A stretch of DNA of 63,268 bases, counting the filler, from Saprolegnia diclina VS20 (lineage: Eukaryota), in the NCBI RefSeq assembly GCF_000281045.1. It is 6 parts of 2 records of this genome, joined end to end, with 100 filler letters (N's around TTAATTAATTAA, not from the genome) between each part and the next. Parts side by side here need not be neighbours in the genome. Positions count along the whole stretch, not along the records: positions 55,299 to 63,268 come from NW_008246175.1; 5 more parts are not named here. One strand, 5' to 3'. The position numbers were made by a program, and so were the translations under genes. This document shows positions 58,001-63,268 of the stretch, one piece after another; the stretch's first letter is position 1, and each line of letters opens with the position of its first letter. The notes below the pieces were generated by a model. That model was given only the letters and a program-made list of their open reading frames with translations, searched no databases and was not told where the DNA came from.

Positions 58001-61000
58001 AGATCTACTGCATCGCTGTCTCCGCCCTTTGTCTGAACACCCGCTTCTCCGCGACGCATGTTGGGTTTGAATCTCGACGCACCACTTCATTGCATCACTT
58101 TTCTACTTTATTTGATGTGCTGGGTGTTGACAGCCGATGGGCATAGCGGGTATGAAGATTCTCAAGGGCGCATCGCATTAATCACACAGGAAGAGTTTCA
58201 GCACAACAGTTAGAATCGAGCTTCTGTGTAGCAACTGGAAGGACAAAGTTACTGAAGAAGACACGGAGCAATCCTGGGTCTTTGCGGCCACAGCAAGGTA
58301 TGCATTGAACAGAATATAAGTCAACAAAATGCGCCAACAACCAAAAGTAGACACTAACTCCAGCATTCATCTCAACTACGGCGCCCGAGTAACGAGTTGG
58401 CCGAAATCACACTAAAGCTATATGGATGATGCAGTAAAGCTGCTGTTCTCGAAATGGTCCGTCGTCCCAAACAACTCCAAATGGACGCCACCAACTCGCT
58501 TATCGACAAGAATTGNNNNNNNNNNNNNNNNNNNNNNNNNNNNNNNNNNNNNNNNNNNNNNNNNNNNNNNNNNNNNNNNNNNNNNNNNNNNNNNNNNNNN
58601 NNNNNNNNNNNNNNNNNNNNNNNNNNNNNNNNNNNNNNNNNNNNNNNNNNNNNNNNNNNNNNNNNNNNNNNNNNNNNNNNNNNNNNNNNNNNNNNNNNNN
58701 NNNNNNNNNNNNNNNNNNNNNNNNNNNNNNNNNNNNNNNNACAGGTAGCTGCTGAGTGGCACTGTACCACGAGAACGCACACCATTGCATAGTGATTTCT
58801 TTTAGTAAGTGCCTCATAGAGACAAAACAATACGTCACTGTAATATGTGGAGATGATTCAATGGGGCCACTCAAGTCAGTGTAGCCATAAAAGCTACATT
58901 GCCTGCCATCTCGGCCTTGCCGAATGATCGTGGTGGCGGGACGTCTACGGCACACAACAGGAGTCCATAGACTGACCCTTGCACCACTCGCCTGGCATAT
59001 CTAAGCAACGAGTACAACTCTCATTGCTACATTGGTTATGACTCAGCGCGCCAAGGCAAAAAATGGCCACACATGGCTTCAGACGCTGCGTAAAATCTGA
59101 TCGCAACGTATCCAAGAGAAGGTATATAAGATAACTGACCTTGCACCAAACCAAAGACAAATCAGCCACAAACTCCGAACGATAAATGGGCTCACCCTAG
59201 TCAACCCAAGTTCAAGTCCACGTCATTCGTTTCACACGCCCCGTCTCGCCTCGCTCAGCTGCTGCTCGATCAGCCCAGGTTTTCTCTCTACATAACAGTC
59301 TACAATACATTGTCTTGAGCTTACGTGTCGGTGCCAACCTCGCATCCGCCGCCCGCTCTCGAAGGACCAAGTGCATTGGAAGCTCGACACGCCACAACAC
59401 CGCAGTGGAGAAGGCTCATAGCCGCTGCCATGTAGCGTAGTGCCAGATAACGCAATATCATCGTGTTTTCGCATGTCGCGCGAAGCCTCGATTATCTAAT
59501 AAAACGATCGATTATCGCTGCAAACACGCATTCACATGGCGAATGTGTGATGGACGCGCGCGACGGACGCGACCTCCGCTTCGTTGCGCTGCCCAGGGCG
59601 CTACCGGCCTTCAGCCGGAAACTATACTGTGGTGCAACCTCCGCTGTGCTACGGTGCACCCTGCGGTGCACCTGGTGGATTCTTTGTAGGGCTCCAGTGG
59701 TGTCAACGTCAAAGTGCGGTGAGGGTGGTGCATCGTCCCGATCTCGCTTCGATGTGGAGCCGTCGCCGGGAGGAGCTCTTTCTTAACTGCTTCAACCTTG
59801 CATCATTTCGACACTCGGATCCAATACTGCATAGCAGAACGCTTCACGCATAGAGGCCACAACAGCTTGCTACAGCATCGCGGAATGATCAACATTGCAG
59901 CATATAGAACGTTCATGAGGTGGTTTAAAGAATCGCTACTCGGATTTGCAGGCCCAGCAAATCTACTGTGGCAGGCGCGGTCGACGCGTTGCTTCGCTGC
60001 TGTCGCCTCTGCCTCGCGGCGATCTTCCGCTTCAGCTCCTTGGCCTCCTCGATCGCAGTTTCTGTCGCCAGGGCCCCTGCAACTTGGCGCTTCCGCTGCT
60101 CGCACTTGCGCTCGGCCCCAGAAGCTGGCGTTCCCGTCATGATAGGGTCTTCTGCACCATCATTGGCGACGGGGGTGACGATGTGGAGCACCAAGGGTGC
60201 AGAGAAGCAGTCATAATGCATAGCCGATACGGTTGGGTCGTCGCATTTTCTAAATGCCGCGGAGAGCTTTGCGGATCCAGCTGTGTGCGTCAACGTCAAC
60301 CGAGACGTCGTCCTTGTTGAGCAGCCGCACTCGATTTGACCTTGAATCAATTAATTGCTCAGTGCACAGCATCTCTGCAGCCGGTCAAGGAGCGACGACA
60401 AAATGAACACATTTACTGATACTACGCACTCGCTACATGGAAATGCCAAGGTTGCTGTCGTCGCCGTACGGACTGAACGAGCTCTTGGAAAAGTGCAGCG
60501 ACCGGCACGACGAGTGGAACGAGAACANNNNNNNNNNNNNNNNNNNNNNNNNNNNNNNNNNNNNNNNNNNNNNNNNNNNNNNNNNNNNNNNNNNNNNNNN
60601 NNNNNNNNNNNNNNNNNNNNNNNNNNNNNNNNNNNNNNNNNNNNNNNNNNNNNNNNNNNNNNNNNNNNNNNNNNNNNNNNNNNNNNNNNNNNNNNNNNNN
60701 NNNNNNNNNNNNNNNNNNNNNNNNNNNNNNNNNNNNNNNNNNNNNNNNNNNNNNNNNNNNNNNNNNNNNNNNNNNNNNNNNNNNNNNNNNNNNNNNNNNN
60801 NNNNNNNNNNNNNNNNNNNNNNNNNNNNNNNNNNNNNNNNNNNNNNNNNNNNNNNNNNNNNNNNNNNNNNNNNNNNNNNNNNNNNNNNNNNNNNNNNNNN
60901 NNNNNNNNNNNNNNNNNNNNNNNNNNNNNNNNNNNNNNNNNNNNNNNNNNNNNNNNNNNNNNNNNNNNNNNNNNNNNNNNNNNNNNNNNNNNNNNNNNNN

Positions 61001-61360
61001 NNNNNNNNNNNNNNNNNNNNNNNNNNNNNNNNNNNNNNNNNNNNNNNNNNNNNNNNNACCACTACGTCGCACAGTTGAAGTAGTATTTCTGACGTTTGGA
61101 TGGGTTTTCGACGCAAGACCCTTCTCCTGGAAAGGTCTTTGGCATCTTGCACCCCTTTGTCTATACATGTAGAGTCGGGTATCGAGTTCTGTAAACACTA
61201 CGAAGTGAATCCGCTGACCATGATATACTCGGGCTCTATCGCAGTTCGTTTCTCCTGTTTTTGTTGTTGGAATGAGTCTATTGAGATATTATTTCCTACA
61301 GGTTTTCTGTTTTTTCACAATGGCGAGCTTGCTCAGGGGGCAATGGGCGTAATGCCTTCA

Positions 61361-62061
61361 TTACTGCCAGGACCTCGGGTGAGGTGAGGCGGTTCCCCCA
61401 AAGGCAGTGCGGCTGGCCAGCTGAGCGATTTCGACGTCGTCGGTGTGTGCGTACGACTTGTACGCATCGCTGCGCCATCGGCCATACTTCTGGATGGGCA
61501 GATCCGTCGCGCCGCCCTTGAAGAGTGCGGTGGTTCCCCCACTCCGCAACGAGTGGGTGGAGTAAGCTTATGGGTCCTTGTCCATTCTTCTCGCCGTGTC
61601 GCGTAGGAGTGCCTTGACTTGGCTCTCGTTGATCGCGGCTCTGCTTCGTCCGGTGCGATCGTGGTGCATAGCGGCTCGTTGGCCTTGACCCCGGCTGCGA
61701 CCGCGATGCGCCGCAGCTCCCAGATAGCTGGGATGGGGCAGAGCCAAGAGCTACCAGGCCGGGATAGTCGCAAGGTCACACCGCCGCGCCGTTGGTCCGT
61801 CTTCGAGCTCGACAGCTTGATGTGGACCTCGTGCACTTGATCTTCGGACGTCGCCACCTCCTCGAAGGCCGTCGTGAAGCGGATATCTCTTACGCAGAGA
61901 CCGTGCTTCGCGGGTTTGGGCCCTTCGTGGAGGTACTCGGACTTCCGCAAGAGAAAGAAGAAGCCCAGGAGCGTAGCCCCCCAGAGTGAGCGCTGCTGGG
62001 GGTCGTCGAAATCGAGTCCGGCACGCAAATGCCAGAGCATTGCCGCTGTGACGGGCTCCAT
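61361..62061 (-). pseudogene. Tyrosine recombinase catalytic domain, disrupted
   Basis: GFFFLLRKSEY (R), SKTDQ (K), LCP, THSLRSGG (HxxR), GRWRSDAY..Y; frameshift near 61625 and TAA at 61568-61570. Confidence 0.9.
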
Positions 62062-62938
62062 TCATCGGGTGGCTCCGTCGTCTCGTTCCATCCCTCGGAG
62101 AACAGTCCCGAGGCGTCGTCGTCGCTCTCTTCGACTTCCGAGTCGCTGGACTCCGGCTGGTCGCTTTCGGGGCCGTCGTCAAGTTCGTCGTCGTCCAGGT
62201 CACCGAAGCGAGGATCTTCCCAGTACTGGTCGCCAACCGAGCCATCTTCCGGCGCCTTGCGACCTTCGACCGAGTAGAAGAGATGGTCGACGACGCGTTG
62301 CGCCGACACTCGGGTCTTTTTCCCGGTCGCCGGCGATACCAAATCGACCGTTGCAGGCGCCCCCTCGCCTTCCGGCATGATCTTTGCCAGGACGAAGGCC
62401 AAGTCGCGTGAGCCGTTGGCCGGGTCCTTGATGCGCTTCACGATGCGGGCGTGGGTGCGCCGAGCTCGCTCCATCAATTTCTCGGCTTCCTCTGCCGGCG
62501 CCAGTGACACGTCGAACTCCCAGAGGAGGATTGCGCTGACGGGGCTGATGCTCTCGACCGCTTCGGCTGGTACCGTTACGCGTTGGTGAGCACACACCAC
62601 CGTGAACATCTCGTCCTCGACGTGGACCGCTTGCACTTGACCGGCGAAGGCGCGTCCTTCGTGCGCGAGAAAACAAACTGGCGCAGCCAGACACCAAGGG
62701 GCTTTGTCGTCGCCTCCTTCGCCGTCACGATCTGGAGCTCGCAATCCGTCCTCGGGACCTCAAACTCCATGGCAGCAGCCGCGTCCGTCGCGATCGTTTG
62801 ACACTTGAGCGTCTGCTGGCCGCGATTGCCTGCTCCTGCCGTGACCCGAGCGTACACTGGACAGCGTACTTGCGTCCCAGGCACTTGCTTGGGAAGGACA
62901 AAGAGGTAGGTCTTGGCCTTGTACGTGGGCGGAGCCAT
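62062..62938 (-). pseudogene. Frameshifted ORF1 (Gag-position protein) of the YR element
   Basis: MAPPTYKAKTY.. frame (62938) shifts near 62650 into the FAGQVQAV..VDHLFYSVEG..EDP frame and an acidic linker that ends abruptly at the YR. Confidence 0.6.
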
Positions 62939-63268
62939 ACGTACTGCTTGCTTAGTAGGAGTCGAGATCTAAAATGCTAGCTCTACGATGGTTCGCAAGA
63001 TACGTCCCTTCGTGAAAAGGTCGTTTCGACTTCCTACGCGCGCAAAACACCCATTTGTGTCACACGGTGGCGTAGAGAGGCGTAGAGAGGCTGTTGTGTA
63101 TGTACGCCACGGTGCTCGAGGATGCGGTAGTAAGTTTGTAGAAGGGTCTATAAACACTTTGTTGTGGACCGTCAAAAAATGAGGCGTGGCGGGTTGCTTA
63201 GCGGAGATCGGAAACTAGAATGCTAGGCTCTGGCCACCAGTCATTGGTTTCACTGAGCCGCCTTCTCT

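Larger units (their letters stand above)
61361..62938 (-). mobile_element. Degenerate, internally deleted tyrosine-recombinase retroelement (DIRS/Ngaro-like)
   Basis: ORF1-like region directly followed by a YR catalytic domain; no RT/RNase H between them; true termini not identified. Confidence 0.75.

Overview
Eukaryotic, GC-rich, gene-dense DNA with many short (~45-60 nt) spliceosomal introns. Gene content and style suggest an oomycete, probably Saprolegniales (inference). The window is a draft assembly: five 100-nt gaps carry an artificial TTAATTAATTAA linker, so adjacency across them is unproven. Recognisable genes: a PHD/PZP chromatin protein, gamma-butyrobetaine dioxygenase, eIF5A, PIG-G-like GPI ethanolamine-phosphate transferase, a TPR protein, two tandem fatty-acid elongases, cytochrome P450 pieces, CAF1, SRP receptor beta, mitochondrial-type bL36, FKBP12, an SDR, a MARK/SNF1-like kinase, a TM-LRR-LNR protein, two APC amino-acid permeases, an alpha/beta hydrolase and four paralogous GT-B glycosyltransferases. 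The last ~8.7 kb is degenerate mobile DNA ending in an internally deleted tyrosine-recombinase (DIRS/Ngaro-like) element. I see no clear-cut new multi-gene system. The best leads are the four-gene glycosyltransferase array (E-x7-Q motif, one GC-AG intron), a tail-to-tail pair of uncharacterised paralogues, a duplicated Uma2/PD-(D/E)XK-like domain, the ORF1-YR deletion element, a Tudor-like insert inside a TPR protein, and a bL36 with a C-terminal rather than N-terminal extension. Exon boundaries were read by eye and no searches were run.
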